Assembly (NCBI RefSeq): GCF_001194135.2
Contig: NC_068998.1
Coordinates: 10,007,843-10,043,002, forward strand
From: Octopus bimaculoides
Taxonomy: Eukaryota
DNA: 35,160 nt
Direction of reading: 5' to 3'
Position 1 is the stretch's first letter. Every line of letters begins with the position of its first letter. Under the pieces are notes generated by a model. It did not search any database. It was not told the DNA's origin and saw only the letters and a program-made list of their open reading frames with translations. Positions 33,892 through 35,160 of the stretch are shown in pieces. Made by a program: the position numbers and the translations under genes.

Positions 33892-34097
33892 AAAACGCTT
33901 ATGAAATTTATACATAAATATTTGCTGAAAATAACATGTATTTTTACATTTATTTATTTAACAGTATTTAACAAATAGGTTTATTGTCAATTAAAAGATT
34001 TCAATTAAAAAACATATATAAAATCAAATTGCCCATAAAAAGTATTTGCTGTCCACGGACCCCCTGTGGTCCGCGCACCACAGTTTGAAAACCCCTG
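33445..34097. mobile_element. hAT (Charlie-like) non-autonomous element end; internally duplicated across an N gap
   Basis: Ends ...GGTCCGCGCACCACAGTTTGAAAACCCCTG (reverse complement CAGGGGTTTTCAAACTG), a hAT-type terminus. A similar terminus GGTTGGGAACCACTG lies at about 8420-8434. Confidence 0.5.
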
Positions 34098-34543
34098 CCC
34101 TAGAGGATAGCAAGGGAGATGGGCTGGAACAGCCACTCTGACTCAAGGGTTTTGCACTTGCAGACAGCAATCTCTTCCCCCTGATAGCAATCAGGAGGGA
34201 TACCAGAGGTCTCCAGCCATTTATCCAGCCAGCCAGCCATGCACTATATGGTAACAGACTGTATCTATAAAGCTATGATGAAATACAACTAGTAAGATAC
34301 AAACATGTACACTGTCTTCATATCTGTCATTTACTGCCAACAATCAGACTCGTTTACGCACTACCTTCTGTTATTGAATCAATTTTAATATATTTAAATT
34401 CCAAGAATTATTTCCCTTGCCTTTCTTTACCAGAATTAGTTCTTAAAATAACTATTTCTCATCACTGTCAGTGTAATTAAAATGATCAAATTTTATTCAA
34501 CAAAAACCAATAAACAACATGTAACAAAAACCTCTTTAAATGA

Positions 34544-34600
34544 TTATTCCAGAGCATATTCACCATCTACTTCAATTACTGCTTTCCATTTGCTTGGCAG
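34544..34600 (-). mobile_element. mariner transposase C-terminal remnant
   Basis: LPSKWKAVIEVDGEYALE* matches the mariner LP.RW..V+...GEY ending. Confidence 0.65.
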
Positions 34601-35006
34601 ACAGTCTGACCATCATTTAAAGATGTTTTTGTTAGATATTGTTATTGCTTTTGTTGAATAAAATTTGTTGAAAAAAAAGCTGCAATAATTATGCAGTAAC
34701 CCAATAATTCAAATGTATGTATGCATGCATGTATATATGCATGTGTGAAGGTGCATGACCTGGTGGTGAGGGTGTTTCATGATCACCAGATTGTGGCTTT
34801 AATTCTCAGGCTGAGCAGTGGGCTGAGCAAAACACTTCATTTCACATTGCTTCAGTACACTTCAGCTGCAAATGGGTAAACCTGGGACGGACTAACCTTC
34901 CAATCTTAGCCAGCAGGGTCACATCGTTTGAAAGTTCAAAATGATGCAAAGTGCATTGTAACCAGTATTGTTTAACAACATCTGACAGTCTATGTGTGTG
35001 TGTGTG

Positions 35007-35065
<59 letters not shown>

Positions 35066-35160
35066 AGACATGTATATGTTTACTATTTATGTGTTTTGTG
35101 TGAGCACATTCACAAACATTTTTGTGAGTGCTTGTGGGCTTATACTTATGTTAAGCAAGC

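Noticed and set aside
33424-34076. ~205-bp direct duplication (about 33424-33629 and 33872-34076) either side of an N gap
   Set aside because: The copies are near-identical, flank a gap and start at a microsatellite, which is typical of unmerged contig ends or haplotypes rather than a real tandem duplication.

Overview
AT-rich, microsatellite- and SINE-dense animal genomic DNA with many assembly gaps. The repeat families suggest a coleoid cephalopod, most likely Octopus (inference). One gene runs across almost the whole window on the minus strand: an integrin beta subunit. I reconstructed 17 fully visible coding exons and two partly gapped ones between 31220 and 734. All visible junctions are GT-AG with consistent phases, except one small hybrid-domain exon that is missing and probably lies in an N gap. 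The signal-peptide and first PSI exons and the final NPxY exon are not visible. The betaI domain is unusual: MIDAS DxSxS and the PE glutamate are intact, but all three acidic ADMIDAS positions are replaced (DD->RS, TD->AG), the SyMBS Asn is Ser, and the specificity loop is only CxxC. The introns hold decayed Tc1, maT/DD37D-like, pogo, mariner, hAT, CR1, RTE and RLE-type elements plus three SINE families. They also contain a tRNA-headed SINE whose tail folds as a minimal type I hammerhead ribozyme. One insertion of it has a Penelope-style inverted 5' copy and a 12-bp target-site duplication.
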